Assembly: GCA_951804945.1 (NCBI GenBank) | Contig: OX638156.1 | Location: 25,420,001-25,484,000, forward strand | Direction of reading: 5' to 3' | DNA from: Podarcis cretensis | Taxonomy: Eukaryota | Length of the DNA stretch: 64,000 bases | Shown: piece after piece, positions 1-11,169 of the stretch | Numbering within the stretch: the stretch's first letter is position 1 | Layout: each line of letters opens with the position of its first letter | Position numbers and translations under genes: made by a program | Notes under the pieces: generated by a model | Databases searched by the model: none | Told to the model about the DNA's origin: nothing | What the model saw: only the letters and a program-made list of their open reading frames with translations

Positions 1-2048
1 AGTATTAAGAAGCCACACATCTCCAAATATCAGTAATATATGATTGGAATGTTCAACACTTCCAAGATCTGTGGGTTACAAATTTAATTGGTATTAATCT
101 GAAGGCAAGGTAGCCATGATCTATACTGTGTAGTCAAAGCAACATAAAATTTAGTGGTTCTAGAATAACAAGAAATACAAAAAAAGTTAAATTAGTTGAA
201 ATATAGCAAATGGCCTATGCGAGGAAAATAGCCCCACTCTGCTGTGTGAAAGCAGCTGTCTACACTTTTTAAAACATGCATTCAGAGAAAAAGCTTATGT
301 GATGACATTCTATTTCCAGGTTTTAAAATTATTTGCAGAATTAAGACATAAACTACTATAATATCAGTGCTTTTAAATGCTACTGAATGATTTGTTAATT
401 TTGGGGAGATGGAATATATCTCCCAAGAATCATATTAGTACTAATTTGGTGGTAGAGTACATGTTCTTCAGGAAAAGGTTCCAGGTTCAGTCCCTGTCAT
501 CTCCAGATACGGCTGGGAAAAACTTATATCTGAAACCTAGAGAGGCATTACCCGTTAGCATAGGACAACTAAGCTAGGTAAACCAATTGTTTGACTTGGA
601 ACAAGGTACTTTCCAATGATCATCCAGCAATTATGCATTCAGAATGCTCCTTGGGCTTGATCTCCTGCCACTGTCACTAGTTTTTTTTAAAGCAGTACTG
701 TCCTTTTACATAAAAAAATGTAAGAGCATACAAATGCCCCAGCAGAAACTAAAGTACACAAAATAAATGCAGTACACCTAGCCTCAGTGAACTGAAAAGA
801 ATGAAAATGGTGAAGCAGAACTGCTTGGTGGATTGTGACCATGGTTCCCTAGTAATTCTACTAGATATATTGCAAATCACTAAGATGGCAGAGCTTAGTT
901 TGCTGGGGAAACAGTCCTTGGTACTAAAATAAACATAAATTGCAGGTAGCTTTGAAGTCAGCTGTCCAGGACAGAAATCCTCAAACTAGAGGAAGATTGC
1001 CATTTGCAACTTTGGGTGGGATGGAAGACAGGCATACTCTCCAATCACTAGGTATTACTACTCAATTTGCTTCTACTGACAAACCCTTATAACTTTCCTT
1101 TATGCAGGATATGAAATTAAATATCCAGTTCTGCTAATACTTTTCTTGTACTCTTCCTTACAAGGTACCCTGAGTTCCAGTTAGTGCTAGAGCCAAATCT
1201 GAGTAACTGTTTACTTTTGTTCTTTCAAAAGGAAAAGCATCAATTGATGGTCTCTTTGGTAGAACCTTAGACCACATTTTGCATATAGCATGCATAGTCT
1301 GCCCTAATTTAAGGCTGCAATCCTATACGTAGTTTCTTGGGAGTAAGGCTACTGTCCTCAATCAGATTCACACTGGAAATCTAGGCAACACCTCTGCCTA
1401 CTTACAGAGTGGGCTTTTCTACCAGGAAGATTCCTCCACCACTACCCTTCTTTTATTTTGTTTAGTGCCTAAAGAGTTATGAGGATCTTAAATATTTATC
1501 TACTGCTTTATAATGGCTTCATTAATCCCAATGAAAATATTACCCTACTGGTATTTCCTAATTTGTAGCAATTCTTCTACTATAACCAACAACTATCCCT
1601 CTATACACCAGGAGGGGGAGAATTGCCCTTCTGATGTTACTGAACCCTCAACTCCCATCAACCCCAGGGATGATGGGAGTTGTAGTCCAACAATATCTGG
1701 TGGACACAAGTTAGTCACCCATGCATCGTATCTTAAAGGAAAAGGCACTGAATAAAGATCAGGGCACAAATTTAGTGTTCTGTCAGAACCCTATTAATTA
1801 TCTATTCTCAAGTTGGTAATGGGCTTACTGGAAATAGAATGGCATCACAAAATGCAACTCTGAAAACTTGGCTACTTGCTTGGTTCCTCGTGGCCCTTGA
1901 CTTTTTGTAGACAGCCATGTAATCAAGTCGTCGAGCTTTTAGAAAACACTCAAGTGAAAAACTATCCCAATCACATATTTTTCAGGTAAATTCAAGAAGA
2001 AAAATCTAAACAGGTAGGAAAAATGGCTGTATAGTGTCATGTTTATTG

Positions 2049-2090
2049 CATGCAAAAGCCTATTTCAACGTCTTCATGCAACAGCATGCA
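2049..2090 (-). promoter_or_regulatory. RBFOX (UGCAUG) intronic splicing-enhancer cluster downstream of exon 16
   Basis: Three TGCATG on the gene strand (plus-strand CATGCA at 2049, 2075, 2085), ~110-150 nt after the exon 16 donor; same arrangement as the known mammalian exon 16 enhancer. Confidence 0.85.
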
Positions 2091-2197
2091 AAACAAAAAC
2101 AAAACAAATGTAGCAGCAGAGGAGGAAAAAGAGTTCAGCAAAGAATGCAGAGGGTCCAGGCAAACGCAACCGAAAGAAGCTTCAAATTCATACAAAC

Positions 2198-2260
2198 CTC
2201 CAACATTAAATTGCTATGTCTTATATAAATGTTTTCACCATCTAGTCTCTTTGATCTTTT
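2198..2260 (-). CDS. EPB41: EPB41 alternative exon 16 (63 nt, spectrin-actin-binding domain)
   Basis: ctttcacag|AAA; KRSKRLDGENIYIRHSNLMLE; weak donor GAG|GTTTGT as in mammalian exon 16. Confidence 0.95.
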
Positions 2261-2996
2261 CTGTGAAAGTGAAAGAAAGGGGGGGAACAAACAAAAAAAA
2301 AGCACAAAAAAAATTAAAAGGTTGTTGTTGCAGGAATTTGCAAATCGGAAAACGAAAAAGGTTAAATTAACGTTCGGAGAGCTGTGATATGCCAATGGGG
2401 TGTAGGGTATGGAGCCACAAGATCATGTGAAGAATCTGAGGGAAATGAAAAGTTTTGCCCGTGAATCATGGGGAAATGTAATGAGTTCCCTTTAAAAAAA
2501 CAGTCCCTAGGGCTTCGCTGGCCTATTTGTGTTGTGAGCGTTCTCTCAGTAAAGAAATGATCATGCGCTTTCTGTGGAAGGCAATACATTTTGAGGAATA
2601 CAGCTGCATGGGACATCAGAATGTCCTGCTGGGTTAAAATCGGTATTTATTAATATTAATAAATGATATACTTAAATATATGTATGCAATCTGAAATATT
2701 TTAATCTGTTCCTTCTTATATTACTTCTGCAGTCAAGCATTTTTCACTTCCTTAAATGCTGACTTTTCACAGTTCTCATAGATGAATGACTAGATTTTTA
2801 TAAGGAGCCAAGAATTAAGTTGTTATCTGCAACGTGTAAAATCTAGTCCAAATCATCTGGACAGAGAAGACTGTAAATATAAATTAACAACTACTGATTT
2901 TTTAAAAGGCACGTGAAGCAACCAGGACACTGTCTTTTTAAATATGCATGAATGAGATGGTAATTTTGCTTTGATGAAAGTGAAGAAACAGCTAAC

Positions 2997-3038
2997 CTTC
3001 CTCATTCTTATTGGTTCCTCCTCTTTTCCTGCACGCTG
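2997..3038 (-). CDS. EPB41: EPB41 alternative exon 15-equivalent (42 nt)
   Basis: aaacag|CAG; QRAGKEEEPIRMRK (human KLAEKTEDLIRMRK, from memory); donor AAG|GTTAGC. Confidence 0.87.
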
Positions 3039-3174
3039 CTGTTTTGTGATAGATTATATAAAAAATGGGGAGAGGGAGGAAAAAATTGTTCATTTATTTA
3101 TTTTGGAACTTTCATCTTTCAGCCTTAAAAATAAAAAATAAAATAAAGAATACAAGCAACCTAACCAGACAAAC

Positions 3175-3231
3175 CTGATTTTGGTCACCATTTGTGGTGG
3201 GTACTGACACTTCGATATGCACTTTCCCCAC
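3175..3231 (-). CDS. EPB41: EPB41 alternative exon 14-equivalent (57 nt)
   Basis: aatgtag|GTG; VGKVHIEVSVPTTNGDQNQ (human VEKTHIEVTVPTSNGDQTQ, from memory); donor CAG|GTTTGT. Confidence 0.9.
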
Positions 3232-3602
3232 CTACATTAAAAAAATAAAGTGGCAAAAACATTTTTTTGCTTTGTTAGTAGGATGTTGGAAACAGGTTTG
3301 TTTCAAAAACAGCTATTCGTTTTTGAAACATTTGTAAGCATGCATTAAGTAACATGCAGATTTTAAAGAGTTACAGAAATAAGTGACACCATACCTTTAC
3401 AGTGACAATTTGTTAGTTCACCATAACTTACTTTGAATTTAACATTTTATAATGTTTTTATAGATATTTTTCAGAAATAAAATATATAGAGAGAAATAAA
3501 ATACAGTAAGAAAACAATTTTGGAACAAGTTCTAGATTCAATTTTCCTATCCACTCTCTGATCAAAATTAAGGGTTAATACATTTTAATAATGCTAATGA
3601 TG

Positions 3603-3603
3603 C

Positions 3604-3638
<35 letters not shown>

Positions 3639-3826
3639 TATTTATACCCCACCCATCTGGCTGGGTTTCCCCAGTCACTCTGCACGGCTCCCAACAGAAT
3701 ATATATAAAAAGTGACAAAACATCAAACATTAAAACCGTTCCTAAACAGGGCTGCCTTCAGATGCCTTCTAAAAGTCAGACATCTGATGGGAGGGCGTTC
3801 CACGGGGCAGGCGCCACTACCGAGAA
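3603..3826 (-). mobile_element. L2-clade LINE 3' fragment (internally deleted relative to the 17.5-kb copy)
   Basis: Same 3' terminus and (TTA)n tail as 17457-17895. Confidence 0.75.
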
Positions 3827-5831
3827 TCAATACCAAAGATCCCAAAAATTTCTTTAAACATGCCTAAATGCTTGCACACATCCAGTGTGTTTTTTCACTT
3901 ATTCTCCCTTTGAAGACTGGAAAGAATATCACAACATACTGCCTAAACTTTTTCCCCACCCTAAACAGCTTGCCACATGGCCTGCTTCAAGATCCTTGAG
4001 CACGTGGAACTATTTATTTTATTTGTATGCAGTTTCGTAAGAGCTGTGAATAAATACCACAAAGCAATCGAACTCAAAACAACATGCACATGATCATATA
4101 ATAAACATCAATATAATCACAAATAACTAAGTAGTTGTCTAGTTCTTTTGATCCCCAGTTTAAGAGTAATATACGTAAGGAAGTAACTCTTCTCACATAT
4201 TTAAGGAACAATCTAATTTTAAAAGTTATATACTAATAGACATTTCGAGGGCACTTTTGGAGAGGCTCCCATGCAAGCCCCACTGGATATTTTTAGTATT
4301 AAAGTTTTTGTGTGCACAATCTGAAAGTGGACTCATGTGCTGCACCATAAACCAACTGTGAAACTCTCCCAAATTTTAAGTCTGGTTTGCAGTGAAGCAT
4401 GATATATGTACATGGATATGCGCTTTTGGGTGGAGGAAAGAAGACTAAAACCCTACTATGTGAAAATCTAGCTACATGATCCTTTGGGATACAATGATTG
4501 AAATAAATGTACATTGTGTGGTGGTCCTATCAACTCCACTAATTCCTATCTGTCAACTTATTGACTTTATCTGAATTACTCCTATTTCTGGGTATACACA
4601 CAAATACAGAACTGGTTCATGCTGTCAATTCTGGCTCCACTGAAAATGCCTTCTCAGCTGGTATTGCAATAGCTGAAAATGTATATCAATGGAGATTCTG
4701 GTTCTTATGTGACCATCTCCATACAAATCACTTGGAAAGCGCTGTAATGGAGATGAAAATGACCCTGAGAACTGGCTCTCAGATTTCCTGTTGGGTCATA
4801 AAAATGCCTTGCCGGAATTGACTCACCAGTGGGAAGCTAAATGCTCCACAGAACTCACAAGTAGAGCATGATCAATGGAAAGACCCATTCCCTGATATCA
4901 TTGTATCTGGTGACAATGAATTATGCAGTGCAAATCATAGGGCGTCCTATTGTAGTGTCCTGAACTTGTTGGCAATCATAATCATTCAATGACCCACAAG
5001 TTCCAAAGCTGAGAAAATAATTTCACACCTTTTCCAAAAACCTCTCTTGCCTATTCCCCTCCCCTGATTATTCTTTAAGCTTAAAATACCCAACCTCTTC
5101 CAAAAGGCTTAAGAATTAATGCTACAAAGCCCTGCTCATTTCATTTGTCTTTTCCACTTTCTCCCAACTATAGGGACACAAGAACTATACCACACAGCCA
5201 TTAACTGAAGTCACACCAACAAACGAAGTGTATGTTCTACTGTACATGACACAAATATATGTAAGAGATGAGCAGAAAAATGCTAAAGTAGTCCTCTCCT
5301 AAGAAGCTTCTATCATGGAGGGTTTTTTTTATATATCATGTAAAGAATGACAATCAACCTGTGTCTAGTTGTCAGCATAAAAAGAACTTGTTAATTCAGG
5401 GAAAGCAAATAAACTGACATTCTGTAGCTGCTGAAAGATTCAGTAAATGCACAAGCTCAGCCCAAGAACAGGCCTGATCACTGACCAGAATTAGTGGAAT
5501 TGCAAAGGCAATCAAGCCATGTCATTACAAGTCATATGATCAAGCCATACATTTTGGTTTTGCTTTCTAGCAGGCCATAATTTGTAATAGCAATTAAGTC
5601 CCCATACACTCGTATAAAGTGTTGCATATCTTTGCAGCAAGAGTGTTAAAATCAGAACTTTTCATGGAGAAAATAGATTGTACCTCTCATCACAACAGTG
5701 TTGTCACCAAGCCCAAAGGACATCTGAGTACAGCCACAATATGGGACTTAAGAACAAAATTTTCTCCTTACTTCCTACAGATTTCAATGGGAGTAAAATA
5801 TGTTTCACTGTTTTCAAATGCAGCACTGAGA

Positions 5832-5894
5832 TCACTTGGGACACCAATAAAGCCATGTCCAATAAAGTCACTTGGGACACCAATAAAGCCATGT
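5832..5894. repeat. Local tandem duplication (36-bp period)
   Basis: tcacttgggacaccaataaagccatgt occurs twice. Confidence 0.9.
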
Positions 5895-6472
5895 GCAAAC
5901 TGTTTGCAAATGCCACAGTGAATACCAGAGTAGACCCCTCTGACAGAGCACAGGCATTTTGGAAGGAACCCAAAGACTCTGTGTTCTCAGAAGAGCCAGA
6001 AGGTGAGCAACTCTCTCCAGCTGCAGGTATGCAGAGTTGGAAAGTACAGTCATCCCCCTACCTAGGCAGAATAGTCAGACAGGAAAAAAGAAAGGACTAC
6101 TGGAAAGTATTGGTTACAAGGTTCATATGGCATATTAGTCACAGTGGGAATTGTTTGGCCACTGAGGACAACTGTGACAAATGTTCAGCTTGAGCTTTCT
6201 CCTGTGTCAGGAGGCAGGGACAGGAGGGCTGGGCAAGTAGTGTAATCTGCCATTCCAACTCTAACCTACGTCCAGAATACAGAACAAAGAGAAAATAAGG
6301 GCACACTTTTCCTGGTGAGCCAAGGAGACACCTTTACTAGCTGCTTTTGGCAACAAGGTGTATTTGACGGACCCTGACTGAGATGAACTCCTACATAAAG
6401 GACCCTTCAACTTTATATTTTCCTCACACACAAGCAAACAATATATAATTTAACAGCGGTAGTCTAACATAC

Positions 6473-6678
6473 CTGGGATCCTTCAGCAGGCTCTGTTTTG
6501 GTTTTCTCTGGCAGAGTTTGTTCGTGTTGTACCTCTTTTCTCTCCTTCTCAGCTTTAGTGACCACTGGCTCCTTGCTTTCAGATACAACTGGAGGAGTTG
6601 GTTCGGTTACATGGCTCTGAGCAATAGCTGGTGCAGATGTAGGCCGTGGGCTTCGGTCTGGTGTAACCACTGCTACTG
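6473..6678 (-). CDS. EPB41: EPB41 exon 13-equivalent (U2 region, 206 nt)
   Basis: ctactcag|CA GTA GCA GTG; (A)VAVVTPDRSPRPTSAPAIAQSH...TEPAEGSQ; the DRSPRPTSAPAI motif matches 4.1R; donor CAG|GTATGT; phase 1-0. Confidence 0.93.
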
Positions 6679-8218
6679 CTGAGTAGAAATATATTTTGTT
6701 TTAGTGAGAGTGAGGCAAACCCCCAAAATCCGACCCCAAAGAATGAAAAAACCAGGAGGAAAGGAGTCACAGCAATGCAAAAGAAAGAAGTGCAAAGCAG
6801 CTGGCACTGGTTTAATGTGGAAGGCTAAGTTTGTTTTTAGCATGTGTTGAATAAAAGTTAAGAAACCAAAATTAGATATCACTCAAGAGCCACACACTTA
6901 AAATGCTAGTCAAATCCACACTGTAAAAGCACTTCATTTCAAATGCTGTTTTTATAAAAACAGCTAATTGTGGTTTGAATAATCACCAATGTTACAGCAA
7001 AAGCCAGATTACTGCTGTTTACCTAATACCAATACACTCAAAACCCAAGACCCAAGAAAATATGAACTTGTTGACTATAAACATGTTTGTTTAAAATGGT
7101 GGACAGGCCTCAACACTAATGGCCCTTGTGATGTGACTTGCAATACTGCAGTTCTTTCCTGTGCTGTGAGGATAGCATCAAAAGCCCTAGGTTGTATGGG
7201 AGAATCTACACCACCTTTCTACAAAACCTCCCTTGGAAACTGGGTCAATGCTTGCATCAGGAGGTGACACAATGTGGACTCTTCCTACATGATATTGGGC
7301 TGCTGACATGTTTGAAGTGCAGATGGGCACCACACAATAACAATGTCAGAGGGCGCTAAGAAAAACCGCTAAGGATGCAAGAGAATGTGCAAGTGCAGCA
7401 CCACCTCCTGCTCCCAACACAAAACACATTAAATGTATTTAGTATTAATTAATAGCACCGAGAAATTCTTATCAGCCCACAATTGTATATGTTCCCCCAG
7501 AAGAGCCACTGCCTTCACAAAAGACATTTTCAAAGGTTAAATTCAAATACCAAGTACATGTTTAATCAATTAAATATACTTAATAATCAAAAACTAAGCT
7601 GCTCAAGTTAAAGTATGATCTTGGACACCAATCTATGTCTTGCACTCTTTAGCATTAACTAGAAGCACTGTAAGTATGGTCAAGAAATTGTGAGCAGGTT
7701 GTAGGATCATGCACTTCCTCCTCTGCCTATTAAGCTCTTTACGGACCCCAAAAGGCAGGAACCTTTTGTGTTTTCCCTCCGCACTGTGGGCCTACTCTGC
7801 TACTACTGGAAGTTCATGCTTACCTACACTGATCATGCAATTTCTCTAGAGTACGTAAAGTCAAGGGCCCCGCAAAACACAAACACCCCAGAGCATGCAT
7901 TCTGCAAAGGTTAGAACGGCATTCAATCTACATACAGCCCTTTTCAAAACTGCTATATATGGATGTTCCCTAACTTTCACAATGCTATTTGGTGCTTAAA
8001 GAATGATGGTAATTTAAATTCTTCTTTAACAGTTCTCAACAGAGCTGTTGCTTCTTTGAAATCTCATACCATTCTGTGAGAGTGCCATGCCACTAGTAAG
8101 TTTTTGTCACTGCAGTGAGCACTAGTGAATTCTTAGGTGGTAGAAGCAAGAGAGAGTTTTTTAGCTACAAAGGAGAAAATATTAGCCACGCAAGTGTGAA
8201 AAGCTATCACTGTTATAC

Positions 8219-8344
8219 CTGACTCCTCCTGAACTGTTTCAAGTAATAGCGGTTTTTGTTCTAGATTCTGCACCACAATTGTTTTTTCTTCCTTCTCCTC
8301 TTCTTTTATTGGGCTTATGTCAAACTTTTCAAGAACATGTATGG
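8219..8344 (-). CDS. EPB41: Candidate EPB41 cassette exon, repeat C (126 nt, phase 1-1)
   Basis: cttttttttag|CC...TCAG|GTATAA; AIHVLEKFDISPIKEEEKEEKTIVVQNLEQKPLLLETVQEES; same motif spacing as repeats A and B. Missed by the ORF track. Confidence 0.65.
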
Positions 8345-8484
8345 CTAAAAAAAGTTATGCATTCGTTTTAAAACTGTTAAGAATAAAAGGGAAAGACTAC
8401 TAGGACTACATTTGCTGGCAAATCTTGCTTTGCCTGAATGCTAACCTTACAGAGTATTTATTATTCCTTATCTTAAGCTTTTAA

Positions 8485-8865
8485 GGGACGCAGGTGGCGC
8501 TGTGGGTTAAAGCCTCAGCGCCTAGGGCTTGCCGATCGAAAGGTCGGCGGTTCGAATCCCTGCGGCGGGGTGCGCTCCCGCTGCTCGGTCCCAGCGCCTG
8601 CCAACCTAGCAGTTCGAAAGCACCTCCGGGTGCAAGTAGATAAATAGGGACCGCTTACCAGCGGGAAGGTAAACGGCGTTTCCGTGTGCGGCTCTGGCTC
8701 TGGCTCTGGCTCTGGCCAGAGCAGCGATGTCACGCTGGCCACGTGACCCGGAAGTGTCTCCGGACAGCGCTGGCCCCTGGCCTCTTAAGTGAGATGGGCG
8801 CACAACCCCAGAGTCTGTCAAGACTGGCCCGTACGGGCAGGGGTACCTTTACCTTTACCTTTACC
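8485..8865 (+). mobile_element. Sauria SINE (young, full length), antisense to EPB41
   Basis: tRNA-like head (GTGGCGCTGTGG A box, GGTTCGAATCC B box); (ACCTTT)n tail; 16-bp TSD tatcttaagcttttaa (8469-8484, 8866-8881). Confidence 0.92.
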
Positions 8866-9125
8866 TATCTTAAGCTTTTAAAAATAAGATTCAAGTAATA
8901 TGTTTCAATAAATCATGCACTATACAAAGACAGATACAACATAAAATTGCTATTGATTTATTTAGAAAGGTTGCATACTTTTGTGTATGGTATGGTTAGT
9001 TCAGCGACTATCGTGTGGGGTTTATATTATTGATATTAGCCTTTAGGATCTTAATATTCTCAACAGGGGAGAAAGCAGAAAGGAATGTTAAACCACACTC
9101 ATATGAGAAGCTGTCACACTTGTAC

Positions 9126-9242
9126 CTGACTGTTTTTCTAATGATTCCACTAATTTTGTTTCTGGAACAGGAACTTTAAATACTTCAAACTTCAGCTCTT
9201 CCTCAGTCACTATTTTTTCAAAATTCTCAAGCGTATCTTTCG
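9126..9242 (-). CDS. EPB41: Candidate EPB41 cassette exon, repeat B (117 nt, phase 1-1)
   Basis: ttcttctag|CG...TCAG|GTACAA; AKDTLENFEKIVTEEELKFEVFKVPVPETKLVESLEKQS; 13/39 residues identical to repeat A without gaps. Confidence 0.68.
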
Positions 9243-11052
9243 CTAGAAGAATTGCACAGTTAATAAACCGCCAGTAAGATTTCAATTTTTAAAACCCTCT
9301 AGGTTGTATCAAAGTTTTACTCAAAGCAGACCCATTTAAATTAATGGGCCTACCTAAGTTGTTGTTGTCGGTGTTTACTGTTCATTGGATTTCTTACCTA
9401 CCCTTCACCCTAAGGTTCCAGAAAATGTTACAATAATATAAAAATACATTATTAAAACACAGTTTTAAAAAATAATTTCAGACTAACGGTATGGGTCCTA
9501 AAATCTCTCTCTCTCTCAGGTGTCAAAGGCCAGGGTAGAGAGCTGGAGCTTTAGCGTATGACAAAAGCTATACTGTGAAAGTGCCAGCTGTATCTCTGTA
9601 TGGAGAGAATTCCATAGCTTAGAGGCTGCCACGGAAAATGTCCTCACCTGGATCACCAACCTTCAAACTTCTGAGGGTGACAGAACTACAAAGGCTGCTG
9701 CTGCCTTTTGACAATCCTAACACTTGATATATTAGTCATGTCCATTAATTTCAATGGGTTTACTCTGAGTATGACTAACTGGATACAACCGTTCCTCTAA
9801 AATGCGAAAGTCCAATAGTCAGCCAACAGGCAGAGCTTTAAAAAAAGTTTTACCTATATGAAGAATTTAGTGTATTAGTGGTACAATCATTATGGTTATA
9901 TTGTTCTTATCTACAACAGAGGCACACATCTGAGAAAAATACAGTTTGTTTAAAGTCACTTAAGAAGTTAGATCCCCATCACAACTCCACCACCTGCACA
10001 CTAAAATAAGTACAAAGAGCATGCTTTTGTATGAGCTAAGATGTTGTTCTGTAGGAGGCCACATCTCTCAAGTACTTTTGTTCAGCCTTATAGTATGCAA
10101 TGTTAATACTGTGCACAAGAAATGATTCTCCAGTGCTCAAATAATAAAAAACCCACTAGATTTCTAAAATGAATTCATGCAGAAAGAAATGTACAGGGAT
10201 AAACCCTACTTCATTTGCATAAAGCTAAAGAGGAGCTCCCAATATCAATAAGCAGAATGCTCAGACTAGATCCTGTTGATAAGAATATAACAGAAGAACG
10301 TGAAAGGTGAGCGTGAAGAAGCCAAACTGAAAACTAGTTCAAGACCCATTGTAAGAGTCTTTTCATTACGTCAGAAATGTGCTCAGCTAACATAGCAAAT
10401 GCAAATGTATATTAGATGAGAAGCTATGCAGTTTCTAAGTATCAGTTTTTGGGGAAAGTATTATGAAAAATTATATGTCTTTAGAGACACACTTAAGTTT
10501 TGGTAAGAAACTTAAGACCTCATTAACATGAATTCTGAAACAACTGAAAGAAGCAAGCGTGTCCTATACACCTGGGAGAGTTTGAATACAATTTTAGGGT
10601 TACAAATCTATTATTTTCCAGCACAGCAATTACAAAGCTCTCAGTCTGAGAATTCAGATGTGGGGTGGTGAGGGGCAAGAGTGTGGGGGGGGGGGACAGC
10701 TCCATCTCAAGTTCTTTTCTTTCCATTCCATTATGTTGCAATTTGATACAGCATGAGCAAATATTTGTATTTCAGTCACCTGACTATTAATTCAAAGTGC
10801 AAAGCATTTTTGCCAGTCCTCTGAAATCTATGCTACTGCTGATGCAAGGGCTTTTATGGAGTGAAGTACAGAAGTGGCCAACTGTGTTCTGACCAATTAA
10901 GACATTGTTTTATTTCTTTGAAGGGGAAAAAATGGGTGCCAGAACATATGAAGCATTTCAGATTCAGATAAGATGTCTCAGCTCATGAAAGGATAGAAAA
11001 GGCACCGCAGAGGCAAGAAGAGAGAGAGAATCAGAGCTACCCACAGCGATAC

Positions 11053-11169
11053 CTGGCTTCTCTCGAATTTGTTCCACAGGTTCTGATTCCGGAACCCCAA
11101 CCAACACCACATCCTCCTGCTTCTCCTCCTCTACGGGTCTGAACTCTATTTTTTGAGAGCCACGTTTAG
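11053..11169 (-). CDS. EPB41: Candidate EPB41 cassette exon, repeat A (117 nt, phase 1-1)
   Basis: tttcttcag|CT...CCAG|GTATCG; open in the frame set by the FA exon: AKRGSQKIEFRPVEEEKQEDVVLVGVPESEPVEQIREKP. A second in-frame donor GTGG|GTAGCT lies at 11041. Confidence 0.7.

Noticed and set aside
1-2197. Search for EPB41 exon 17 (DLDKSQEEIKKHHASISELK...)
   Set aside because: Not found on the minus strand; it must lie beyond position 1.
3591-3857. Poly-Ile ORFs here and at 17450, and the poly-Asn ORF at 54012
   Set aside because: Translations of (TAA)n tails of L2 fragments.
8070-8164. Possible fourth repeat exon (ctttgtag|CTAAAAAA... ATG|GTATGA), starting AKK like repeats A and B
   Set aside because: 95 nt (frameshifting), in-frame TAA after 10 codons, no EEE/VPE motif, and only 54 nt from the repeat C donor. 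At best a decayed or decoy acceptor.
8485-8570. tRNA-like A and B boxes
   Set aside because: They are SINE heads, not tRNA genes; no complete cloverleaf, and the SINE body and tail follow.
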